Assembly (NCBI GenBank): GCA_963693365.1
Contig: CAVNZM010000007.1
Coordinates: forward strand, 3,344,670-3,408,669
Direction: 5' to 3'
DNA: 64,000 nt
DNA from: Amoebidium appalachense
Lineage: Eukaryota; Protista; Ichthyosporea
The notes under the pieces are model-generated. The model worked only from the letters and a program-made list of their open reading frames with translations. It ran no database searches and was not told the origin of the DNA. Made by a program: the position numbers and the translations under genes. How positions within the stretch are numbered: position 1 is the stretch's first letter; the number at the start of each line of letters is the position of its first letter. Of this stretch, positions 12,262-23,800 are shown piece by piece.

Positions 12262-13380
12262 ATGCCGCCGAAAAAGCTCCAGGCCTCAGCCACCGCCCCT
12301 GCCGCGGCACCTAAGCGCCTGACCCGCAGCGACCTCCGCCACAGGCTGACCAACGCTCCCGCGGGCCCTGACACGCCTCCGGAGGCCCATACCACCACGG
12401 ACCCTCCGGCTTCTCTCCCCTCTACTCCTGAAGTCCCTCCTCAGGCCCCGCCGTCCCCGCCGATGACTTCTCAAAACGCCGTCCTTGCCGCCCTCACCGC
12501 CATCAGCACCCAGATGGCTGGCGTCCTGGCCGCTCTCACCAACCGCGACCCTCCCGCGCCCCCCGCCGCACCCTCCGCACCCGGGGAGGTTTCCCCGGGA
12601 CTGCATCTCGGCCCTGACCTGGACCTACCTGCCCTGCCCGCGCCCCCCATTACAGGTGAGAACACTGGCGACATTCAGCCGGGCACACTGCCGCTTCCCC
12701 CCGCGGATGTGCTGGCAGATTTGCGCGCCAATCGTTTCGTCGACCTGTATAAGTTCACCCCCGCAGCCCTCCTGGCCCCATCCAAGAAAGGCCAGCAGCT
12801 GCGCATGGCTGACGACGGCAGCATCGAGGCTTTTCGCAATGACAAACCCGTTCCCCTGCGTTCACTCGTCATTTGGATCCAAGCTTGGACCCATTACATG
12901 GCCGCCAAGCACCACCTCGACCTCCCCACGGACAAGGACGTACTTTGGACTCAACACATCACTCGCCTCAGCACCCGATACCCGTGGGCCCAGATCCACA
13001 ACTATGACGTATACGCCCGTACCGTTGCCCACCAGCAGGGTCGGGCTCCGATCGAGTGTCCCAACCTGCTCGCCCAACTCCACCAGGATCTCCTCCTGCC
13101 ACCCACTCTGCTCATCCCGGACGCATGTCAGCGCTGTGGCTTCCCCGACCACCCCAGCGCGGCCTGCCCCATGTACCCCAAGCCCGGCTGTGGTCTTGAC
13201 GGCTTCAAGCCGCCCCACAAGCCCGGCGGGGGCCAAACCCCCAACCGCCCTGGCCCACACGCCTGCAGGAATTTCCACATTAACGGTCGGTCCTGCACTA
13301 AGCAGCCCTGCCCCTTCTCCCACGTGTGCCCGCTCTGCTCTGGCACACACCCCCGCAAAGACTGCAAGCACAATGCCTAG
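12262..13380 (+). CDS. gag: Ngaro Gag-like protein (372 aa) with CCHC, CCCH and CCHC-like zinc fingers
   Basis: CQRCGFPDHPSAAC, CRNFHINGRSCTKQPCPFSH, CPLCSGTHPRKDC. Homologous ORFs at 52277 and 56865 (minus). Confidence 0.85.
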   Translation: MPPKKLQASATAPAAAPKRLTRSDLRHRLTNAPAGPDTPPEAHTTTDPPASLPSTPEVPPQAPPSPPMTSQNAVLAALTAISTQMAGVLAALTNRDPPAPPAAPSAPGEVSPGLHLGPDLDLPALPAPPITGENTGDIQPGTLPLPPADVLADLRANRFVDLYKFTPAALLAPSKKGQQLRMADDGSIEAFRNDKPVPLRSLVIWIQAWTHYMAAKHHLDLPTDKDVLWTQHITRLSTRYPWAQIHNYDVYARTVAHQQGRAPIECPNLLAQLHQDLLLPPTLLIPDACQRCGFPDHPSAACPMYPKPGCGLDGFKPPHKPGGGQTPNRPGPHACRNFHINGRSCTKQPCPFSHVCPLCSGTHPRKDCKHNA

Positions 13381-13840
13381 TCTACGCGCACACACACAGT
13401 TAGAACATAGGGGCTAGGAGCTAGGACACACGGGGGAAAACGGGCCAATAGGGCTGAGTACAAATTTTTGCAGGCCAACTACGGCGCCCGCGCGCGCCAA
13501 GAATAAATGTCCCTACACAAAGACGTTATTCTGGCCACTGCACATAATTTTATTCCCCCCCCATCCCACCTGCCTCCCCCCCCCTGGCACTCACCTAGCA
13601 CTCCCTCCCTCCCCCTTCTTCTACCTCTGTGTCCGCCCACACCCGGGCGTGCTCAGGCTTCCCCTGCACAGGGCCCCGCTGCCCTCCCTGCAAACCCTCC
13701 CTCGGGCCCAGCTGCCCTACTCTAACCCCCCCGGGGCCCTGCTGCCCCCCCCCCCTCCCCCCCCCCCCCCCCCCCCCCGCTGCCGGGACCTCCCCGAGGG
13801 TGCCCCACCCTTGCTAACCACACCTTCCCCCGAGGCTCAG

Positions 13841-15461
13841 ACCCGGAGGCCCGCCCGCTGCCCCAGCACCACATTGACACCTCCCGCCTCCGGGAGCTGC
13901 TGGCATCCTACCCAGACCAATCATTCGCCGCGCAGCTCCTCCACGATGTCGAATTCGGTGTCGACATCGGCTACCGCGGCCCCTCCACCTCTTGGGTGGG
14001 CCCCAACCTACCCTCCACCCCGGCTGCTGCTGCCGCTATCACGGCGGATATTGCCAACGAAGTCGCCCTCGGCCACCTGCGCGGCCCCCTCTCCCCGGAC
14101 CAGTTCTTCGCCGAATTTCCGGTCCACCTTTCCTCCCCCATCGGCGCCGTTACTAAAAAAGGGAACCCCCCAAAGTACCGTCGAATCCACCACCTCTCAT
14201 GGCCCCGGGGCAGCAGCGTCAATGACAGCGTCACCTACCCCGATGAACTTCAGTACATTCGAGCCCGGAACGTCACCCAGCTCATTCTCGACGCAGGCGC
14301 CGGCTGCTACATGGCCGTGGCAGACGTGCAGGCTGCCTTCCGGCACATGCCCATCCGACCAGAAGACCATCACTTAATGGCATTCAAATGGCAGGGGCAT
14401 TTTTACGTTGACACCAGTCTGCCCTTCGGCCTGAAATTTAGCCCAGCCATCTGGGCACGGATCGCGGCCACCCTCCAGTGGCTGGCACACCAGCACGGTG
14501 TTACCCTCATCTGCCACTACGTAGGCGACTGGATTATAGTCGCCCCCACCCAAGAGCAGTGCCAACGTCACCTGTCCACCTTCCTGCAACTCTGCCGAGA
14601 GCTGCACATTGCCATCTCCGAAGACAAGATGCAGGGCCCGGCTACCCGTATCGTTTTCATCGGTATCGAATTCGACTCCGTCACCATGAGGCACGGATCC
14701 CCGCTTCCAAACTCTCGGACCTACTCGACCTCACTTCCCACCAAACACCCACCATCACCATTCGGGACCTGCAATCCCTCCTCGGAAAACTCACCTGGTA
14801 TGCCCAGCTGGTCCCTCCCGGGCGGGCCTTCTCCCAGCGCCTATGGGCCCTTCTCCGAAAACACCCACACCTTGCCGGGCACCACCACATACGGCTGTCT
14901 GCTGCCGCCCGGGCAGACATAACCGAATGGCACCAGTTCCTCACATCATGGAATGGGGTGCACCTTATCACCCCCCCCACATACACCACCCTGGCCACCG
15001 ATGCTGCCGGATCCGTGGGCCTAGGGGGCCACTGGCTCGACCAATGGTTTTTCATGCCCTGGTCTCCCTCCACCCAAGCCCTCTATGCTCATGAGGGTAA
15101 ACTCGGTTCCTCCGTCATCGAACTCTTGGCCATCGCAGCCGCCGTGGCCCTCTGGGCCCCCTCCTGGTCCACCCACCATGTCCGTATTTTATGCCACAAC
15201 ACGGGTGCTGTGTCTGACCTGCACTCCCGGCCTTCCCCCCACCCCGTGATGGCCAAACTTATTTGGTTCATCACCCGCATGGAAATGCAATACTAATTTA
15301 CGTTACAGGCCTTCTACCTACCGGGACCCCTCAACCATCTAGCCGATGTCATTTCTCGTAACCAACTTCCCCGAGCCCGACGACTCCTAGCTTCCCTGCA
15401 ACCGGAGCCCTGCCCCTTCCCCTCCTGGGTCCACGAGTTCCTATCCTATCCCCTGGGCTAA
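13841..15461 (+). pseudogene. pol: Ngaro RT/RNase H, decayed
   Basis: KYRRIHHLS, VADVQAAF, LPFGL, TDAA, ELLA. Catalytic YVDD is changed to YVGD, there is a frameshift near 14697 and a TAA at 15294-15296, compared with the intact copy at 53954-55575. Confidence 0.85.
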
Positions 15462-15477
15462 CCCCCCCCCCCCCCAG

Positions 15478-17049
15478 ATCTCCCCTTCCGGAGCAACGCC
15501 GGCAGATTGGCCCCCCACTCTGCTCCGGCCGAGCTGCTTCGAGCCACCACTACCCTGCAGGAATAGTCGACACTCTCAAAGTGAAGACACTTTGCAATAA
15601 ACCGAATTCCATATATATCTATTGTCCAATCACAACACACATATATTAATAGACAGGAATGCACAACACGATCTACAGATGTACTCGCTCGCGACTATTG
15701 GCGAGCCATCCTTTTGAGAACAAAACTAAGCCATTTTGAAATAAAGGAAAGACAACGAGTGAGGCTAGCCAATCACGCTACCTCTCAGATAAACAGAGGA
15801 GAGCAAACAGAAATAAAATACAATAAGTTCTTATCAGGCAAGAGAGCCAGGTGTGCACAGATCTACAGATATCTGTGCCCACAGAAACAAGGGAGAGAGA
15901 GATAGGGGGGGGGGGGGGGGGAGAGAGAGAGAGAGAGAGAGAGAGACTGAGAGAGAGAGAGAAGGAAAGCAGACACGAATACAAACAAGCTAAGACACAT
16001 ACATACTTCAAGGCTCTTGCTGTCATACATGGTGACGTATTCCAACAAGGAATGCCAGGCCCTGAGTCTCAACCTGGACTCTCGGGCCTTTTACTCCCGG
16101 GAGCAAAAAGTGTTCATCAATTTTTGTGTGGCATCTCGGCTGCAGTCTTCCTCCGGGTCCTACCTCCCGGCCTCCCCACACACCGTGCAGCTCTTTCTCG
16201 CCTGGTGTGCCCAACGAGGGGTACAGGCCTCTTCAAGTTCCTTGGCCGGCTACAATTTGGCCATCACCAGACTCCACTTTGACATGGGCCTCCCTGCTCC
16301 CTACCCCCACGACAAGTCTCTGGCCTGGTTCCTACGAGGGGTGGGCAGATGGCAGCTTTGTCACAACATCCGGCCCCGATCATCTACCAGGGAGCCCCTC
16401 CTGCCCTCCCACCTCAGCCTACTCCATGGCCAGTGCCCCACCAAGGCCTCCTCGGACAATTTCCGGCTATGGACGGTCCTCATCGTCGGTTTTTGTGGTC
16501 TCCTCCGTTCGGGGGAATTTACCTCCAAGACCCTGACTTCCTTCGACCCGTCCCGTCACGTTAAAAGGAAGGACGTGACCTTCAGCTACACACCGGCAGG
16601 GCCCACCGGTACTTTGCCCCATGCCACCCTCCACCTGCCAACCTCCAAGACGGATGTACAGGCCCAAGGTGTCAACGTCACTCTCGCTGCCCTGCCCCTC
16701 ACCCACTTCTCCCCAGCCCATCCGCCTCCGGCAGTTCCTGGATACAACGTCCGGTCACCCCGACGACCCCCTTTTCAGTCTCGGTGGCATTCCCTCCACC
16801 AAGGGTGCTTTAAATTTCTCTGCCGACTTCCGTGCTCTCCTCTCCCGGGCAGGCCTCTCACCCTCCCGGTTTGCCGGCCACAGCCTCCGAATCGGGGGGG
16901 CCACAGCCCTGGCTGAGGCCGGGGTCGACAACTCCCGGATCAAAAAACTCGGCAGATGGTCCTCTGACTGTTTCCTGATCTATACTCGACTTCGCCCGGC
17001 CTCCATTGCTGCCACTACCACACGTGTATTCGCCTCTATTTTTAAGTGA
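15478..17049 (+). pseudogene. Ngaro tyrosine recombinase, disrupted by an LTR fragment and frameshifts
   Basis: GFCGLLRSGE, LPTSKTD, GHSLRIGGAT and LGRWSSDCFLIY give the YR catalytic residue set. Confidence 0.85.
15564..16047 (-). mobile_element. Truncated solo LTR of Copia family 2
   Basis: Matches 20446-20958. Flanked by 5-bp TSD AGGAA (15559-15563 and 16048-16052). Empty site CTGCAGGAATGCC is present at about 55675. Confidence 0.9.
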
Positions 17050-18134
17050 AACCTTTGGAGCAAGCATACTGCTCTCGTGCCGTGGTTTACAACCATTGCA
17101 GGTGTTAATTTGTATAAGTATTTGGGATGAAAGCAGAGACACAGTGGTGCAGTGTGAAAACACCACAGACACACACAACAACAAAACACGGAACGATCGG
17201 AGCAGTGTACACAACAGACATCAATGTTTAGACACGACTGAACTGAATTTATTCTGATCTTCGAATAAATACCTGAAATTCCTCTAAGTCCAATCCATAC
17301 ATGATTTCCGACCAGTCGGAAATCAGATCTATCTCTAATAGAAACCAATCACTAAGAACCAATTGCTTTCAGAGAGATCCGGTACGCGGAGACGTACACG
17401 ATAGGACACAGACACTAGTTAAGATCAACTCGTGTCATCATCAAGGAAGTTCTAACCTATGACATACTGCAAAGACTCAGACATATCACACTTAACCTTG
17501 ATGATTGGTTAAAGCCCGGCAACACATGAAAACTAAAGTGAATTAATGAAGTCTAAACACACATGCTATTCTAAGTGTAGCCTAAGTGTGTTACCGTCCA
17601 ATGAACACGTATTAAGTAACACAAATCTACCTAACATATATTAGTAGAAAAGAAATACGATTATACACATGAAGACAAGGAGAGAAAGAAAAGAAAATAA
17701 GGAAGGAGAAAGAAGAAGGAAAAGAGAGCACAGATCAACAAACAAGATAGTAATAGCATAACTATAACCAGAGATATTTATGTACACACGAACATGTACA
17801 CGTCTCTCCCTGAGTGGGTGGATCCGTGTACACACAAATAAATATTCTAATCGATATCACAATACACGATTAAAGCTGATACAACACGATTACGAATATA
17901 CAAGCATATCGGAGATCGATGCTACACTTTACATAATAGGAGTGTGGCATATACACTAAGCATATGAACTGAAACATAACACAAACTGAGAAGATCTTAC
18001 CATATGTAAATACTACGTATTACAACATCCCCACTTAAGACTTTGAAGTTTGTGTTATCATATCCCCACTGAACTAGTGAAATCTCCCCACTTGAGAACA
18101 GAAACGAAAAAAAAAATTAAAGTGTGTACGTTTC

Positions 18135-18168
<34 letters not shown>

Positions 18169-18437
18169 GAGAGGGGGGAGGGGGGGGGAGAAGGGGGGGG
18201 GGGGAGGGGGGGGGGGGAAGGAACCGGGGCAAAAACAACGAATATGTATAACGTGTATAGTCGGGGTTTGATTAACTGGGTTTTAAACCAGTGAAAGATA
18301 GAGTAGAGTCATGGTACAGGTCAAACCTTATATAAAAACCCTAAGTGGGCATACCCACAAAGGCAATATACATATGAAATAATGATTATGATAAAGTAAG
18401 TAGTAAACATTAGAAAAGCACTCTGGAAGTAGGACGG

Positions 18438-20055
18438 GTCAATCCACAATATCCGGCAAACAAAGTCGGGCACGATGGGTGACATGACTCGGGCCGGGGA
18501 GGGGTTTGGTGAGGATGTCAGCTAAGTTGTGGGCTGACTCAACGTAGTGGACAACCACATCCCCACTTGCAATGTAGTCCTGTTGTGATACCGGACGGCA
18601 ATGTGTTTGGTACGGTGCTTGATGCCGGTGGAGTTGACGATGGCAATGGTCGACTGGTTGTCACAGTACACCGGAGTCGGAGCAAGCATGGGGCAGCCGA
18701 GTTCCTTGAAGAGGTCACGGACCCAAGCAACTTCTTGGGTGCCAGCATTGAGAGCAATCAGCTCAGCTTCAGTGGTGCTGGTGGCCGTGATGGGCTGGAG
18801 CTTGGAGTACCAGATGATGGGCATACCAGCAAACTCGATGATGTAGCCGGTGGTAGACTTCTTGCTGTCGGCACAACCAGCAAAGTCAGCATCCGTGTAG
18901 CATTCGAGTATGGGGGGCTGGGTGGCCGAGTATTTGTAGTCAATGCCAAGGTCAATGGTGCCGAGCAGGTACCGGGCCACACGACGGAGAAGGTCCCAGT
19001 GAGTCTTGCCGGGGTTGGTGCTGAACCGACCAAGGAAGCCGATGGCATAGGCAATGTCGGGACGTGTGCACCGGGCCACCCAGAGGAGACGGCCGAGTAA
19101 CTCACGGTAGGGCACGGTGAACGGTTGGGGGGGGCAGTCAGCCAGGGAGACGGTGGTGCCTGCAGGGATGGGGGTAGACTTGGACTTGGCATCGGTGAGG
19201 TTGAAGTCGTGGATGATATCCATGATGTAAGACCGCTGGTGCATGTGGAGGTGATGGGGATCAGAGTGATTAAAATCAACACCGAGCATACGGTCAAATG
19301 GACTCATACGACAGCTGGCCATCTTGCTGATGTGGGCAGCCAGGTCACTGGCAGCAGTAGAACCCCGGGTGTTGGTGATGGTGGAGTCGTCGACGTAGTT
19401 ACCAGCCCGAACCACATCGTTGTTGGGGAAGAACCGGAGGTAGATGCACGGGTCTGTCTTAGTACGGGTCAGGCCATGGGCAAGAAGAATGCCGTCGAGG
19501 AAGTCGTACCAAGCCTTGGAGGCTTGCTTGAGGCCGTACAGGGCTTTCTTGAGTCTCCAGACCTTGCCAAGTGTGGCCATGGTGATGAATCCCGGGGGTT
19601 GTTTCATGTAGATGGTCTCGGTGAGTGGGCTGTTGAGAAAGGCCGTAGACACGTCGAGTTGATGGATGTCATGACCTTCAACAACGGCCAGAGCTAGGAT
19701 AGCACGGAGAGCAGCCGGACGGATGACAGGGCTCTCAATCAACTCATAGTCAACACCGTATTGCTGACTGAAGCCTTGAGCAACACCACGGGCCTTGATT
19801 TTGGTGTCACCAGCCGAGTTGAGAGTTTTCTCGGAGACAATCCACTTGAAGCCGACGATGTTAGCACCAGGGGGAGGGTCAACAAGTTCAAAGATGTCTT
19901 TGTCGACGAAGGCTTGATACTCAGCAGTGAGGGCTGACTTGACCTGGTCACCATTGGGTCCGGAACACAGTTGACGGACAAGTTTGGGTAATTGGTCGAT
20001 GTTGATGGGGGGACCGGGGGGGACTGGCAGGGTGGTGGTGGCTTGAAGTCCAACC
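18438..20055 (-). pseudogene. pol: Copia-1a RT/RNase H portion
   Basis: QLDVSTAFLN, KKALYGLKQA, YVDD, YTDADFA, TEAEL, CDNQS, RTKHI; small deletions near the 3' end. Confidence 0.9.
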
Positions 20056-20812
20056 TGGTATTGTTTTGTACGGGTCTAAGGGAGCAGAGTGCACAGAGGT
20101 GTCATGTAAAACACGACTAACACATTAATGAGAGGGCAATCGGAGTTGTTCACGAGACATTGAAAGATTTCAAACAACAACTGAATCTTTATTGTGTTCT
20201 CGGTTCCTTTTGTACTTGCGACTTATCACCTTATCACAACTAAAGAGGGAGAACCAATCGGTTCTATCAGAAGATAGAAAAACACATTCCGACAGAGCAT
20301 ACGCATTCCAACTTTCGATTAAACTAAAGTTTAGAAACTCTTACTTAAATAAATTAAGTAATTATACATCTAGTCACTATTAACTCACATATATATTTAT
20401 GTTCGTCTCTATAAAGAAACCTATTTAAATACATATATTTCCTAATAGTCGACACTCTCAAAGTGAAGACACTTTGCAATAAACCGAATTCCATATATAT
20501 CTATTGTCCAATCACAACACACATATATTAACAGACAGGAATGCACAACACAATCTACAGATGTACTCGCTCGCGACTATTGGCGAGCCATCCTTTTGAG
20601 AACAAAACTAGGCCATTTTGAAATAAAGGAAAGACAACGAGTGAGGCTAGCCAATCACGCTACCTCTCAGATAAACAGAGGAGAGCAAACAGAAATAAAA
20701 TACAATAAGTTCTTATCAGGCAAGAGAGCCAGGTGTGCACAGATCTACAGATATCTGTGCCCACAGAAACAAGGGAGAGAGAGATACGGGGGGGGGGGGG
20801 GGGGGAGAGAGA

Positions 20813-20865
<53 letters not shown>

Positions 20866-23800
20866 CACAAAGAAGGAAAGCAGACACGAATACAAACAAG
20901 CTAGGACACATACATACTTCAAGGCTCTTGCTGTCATACATGGTGACGTATTCCAACATCCCCACTCAAGGGGTTGAAGTTTGTGTTCTCGTGTCTGTTG
21001 ATGTGACGGTAGATGAGGTCCAAACACAGGAGGGGCCGTCACACTCAAGTTTCCCCACTCGAGGATGCAAACCGAAGATCCTTGAGGTGGGAAGGAGAAA
21101 ATCAAAACTGAAGAGGCACACAACGACGGTTGCCTCTGAAGACTCGAAATAAGAAATCATGGTGGTTATCGGCGATATATATATATATATAGGAAACACT
21201 AGTGTATGTGTGACGTGTTGGTGGCTAATGGTTTATACTGGGGACCACCCAGGTAAACACAAGGCATGAACATCTTGTGGACTGATTTATAGACTGGTGG
21301 TCAACCAGTTAAGACACGGGGAAGGTGCATCCCGTGGACTAGGTTTAGACTGGCAGTCAACCAGCACGCCATGGCTATAGATAATTATTTATACTGGGAC
21401 GCCATCCCAGTTCGACATATATATAAAGTCGAATATAGAAGAAAACCAATATATATGGTGGGATATGAATATAAATAAACGACGGATGGTGGAGAATAAT
21501 CCCCACTGAAGATGCACACATATGACGATGTAAGACTGAGTCCCCACTGATCAAGAGAAACGACGAGGAGTAGTAGACTTTCGTTGGGAGGCATCTTGAT
21601 CACCGTAGGTGTGTCAACTGCTGTCCAGGGCCCCAACCTACTCAGAAACCACTTGATGATGAACACCAGTGCACGGGTCAGTCACGGAGACTGAGGTTGG
21701 CACGGTGTGTGTCGTGGGCCGGACCAGCCAGAGGCTTGGTGAAGATGTCGGCCAGGTTCTTCTTGGTGTCGATGTAGGTGACAGTGACGTCCCCACTGTT
21801 GATGTAGTCCTTGGTGTTGAAGTAACGAACGGCAATGTGCTTGGTCCGGTGCTTGATGGTGTTGGAGTGGACCAGAGCAATGGTGGACTGATTGTCACAG
21901 TACACGGGGGTGGGCTCGGTCATGGGGTAGCCCAGCTCCTTTAGTAGATCACGGTGCCAGGCAACATCTTGCACGGCAGCATTGAGGGCCAGGAGCTCGG
22001 CCTCACAGGTGGAAGTTGCAGTGATCGTCTGCAGCTTGGAGTGGTAGGTGACGGGGGTGCCTTCGAGGAGGATGACGTACCCAGACGTGGAACGACGGGT
22101 GGTGGGGCAACCAGCAAAGTCAGAATCCGAGTAGCACTCAAGGATGGGCACCTTGCTGTTGGGGGCCTTCTTCTTGTAGTAGAGGCCGAGGTTGATGGTG
22201 CCGAGCAGGTAACGAACGACACGGAGGAGAAGCTCCCAGGCAGTCTTGGTGGGCTTGGAGCTGAATCGGCCGAGGTAGCCAATGGCATACGAGATGTCAG
22301 GCCGGGAGCACCGAGCAACCCACAGCAGACGGCCGAGGAGTTCACGGTAGGGGACGGTGGTGGGCAGGGATGAGAGGGAGGTCTCGTTGATGATGGTGCC
22401 CACGGGAATAGGGGTGGCCTTAGGCTTGGCATCGACCAGGTTGAAGTCGGTGATGATGTCCTTGATGTAGGAGGACTGCACTGCAGCAGCTTGAGGGAGT
22501 CACGGGTGTACAGCAGTTGGGTGCCGAGGAAGATTTCTGGCAGACCGACCTTGCACTCGGCAGACTTCGTGATGTGACGAACAAGCCCCTGCATGATGGT
22601 GGAGTGCCGTGTGCAGGTGATGATGGCATCATCAACGTAGTTGCCCGAACGGATGATGTGCCCGTTGGGGAACTGACGGAAGTAGACACACGGATCAGAA
22701 CGGAGACGGGTGAGGCCGTGGGCAATGAGAATGGAGTTGAAGAACTCGTACCATGCCAGGGATGCCTGCTTGAGTCCGTAGATGGCCTTCTTGAGTTTCC
22801 AGACTTTGTGTTCATTGCCAGGGAGGATAAAACCAGGAGGTTGCTCCATGTACAAAGTCTCGTCGAGGGGGCTGTTGAGGAAGGCCGTGCTGATGTCGAG
22901 TTGATGGATCTCGTGGTCCTGTTGCACACCGAGGGCAAGCAGGGCACGGACGGAGGAGGACATGACGACGGGGGAAGAGTTTTCACCATAGTCAACACCG
23001 TAGACTTGGGTGAAACCCTTGGCCACACCACGACCCTTGATCTTGGTGTCACCAGCAGAGTTGAGGACCTTCTCCGTGACAATCCACTTGAATCGGATGA
23101 TGTTGGCATCGGAGGGGGGCTCAACTACGTCGAAGATGTCCTTGTCGATGAAAGCCTTGTACTCGGCAGTGAGGGCAGTCACGACTTCATCACCCTTGGT
23201 GCCAGAGCACAGCTTCTGAATTGACCGGGGCAGCTGAGACACATCAAGGCTGGGTCGGGAGATGCTCACCATAGCCATGGCAGGCCGGGAGGAGAGACGG
23301 GAGGAACGACGGGGAACGGTACGGAGGGGCTCAGGGGCCGTGGGGGTGTCTGGTACAGACACTCGGTGGTCGGGGATGGGGGCCTGGAAGCCAGGGATGG
23401 GTGCCGTGTTGAGGGGGGAGTCAGATAACACGGGGCTGGACGGGGCCGAGTGGAACTCCGGAGACCCAGGACGAACCGGGGTGAGATGACCAGGTACGTG
23501 GTCATTGACGGCAGGGGCCGGCAGCAGGGGTTGCTGGCCGGTGGGGGGGGGGGGGGGGTGGAGCCACGGGGGCAGGTACACGACGGGGGGAACGACGGAT
23601 AATCACCGACGGAATTTCATCGTCATCGGAATTGGAATTTCCGGAATGCAGGGATGGATCGATTGAGGTCGTCTGATTGGTGGCCTGCACAGAAATCTGA
23701 TTGGATGCCGTGGTGAATTGTGATTCGTCGAAGACGACATCGCGGTAGAGGTTGACCGTGTTGCCACGTAGATTCATGATCTTGTGGGCTTTGTTGGTGA

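Noticed and set aside
13507-14377. ATG at 13507 or alternative-frame ORF 13649-14377 as the start of Ngaro pol
   Set aside because: The spacer has indels and variable poly-C between copies and does not hold the RT frame. Not fully excluded, because homopolymer lengths may be misread.
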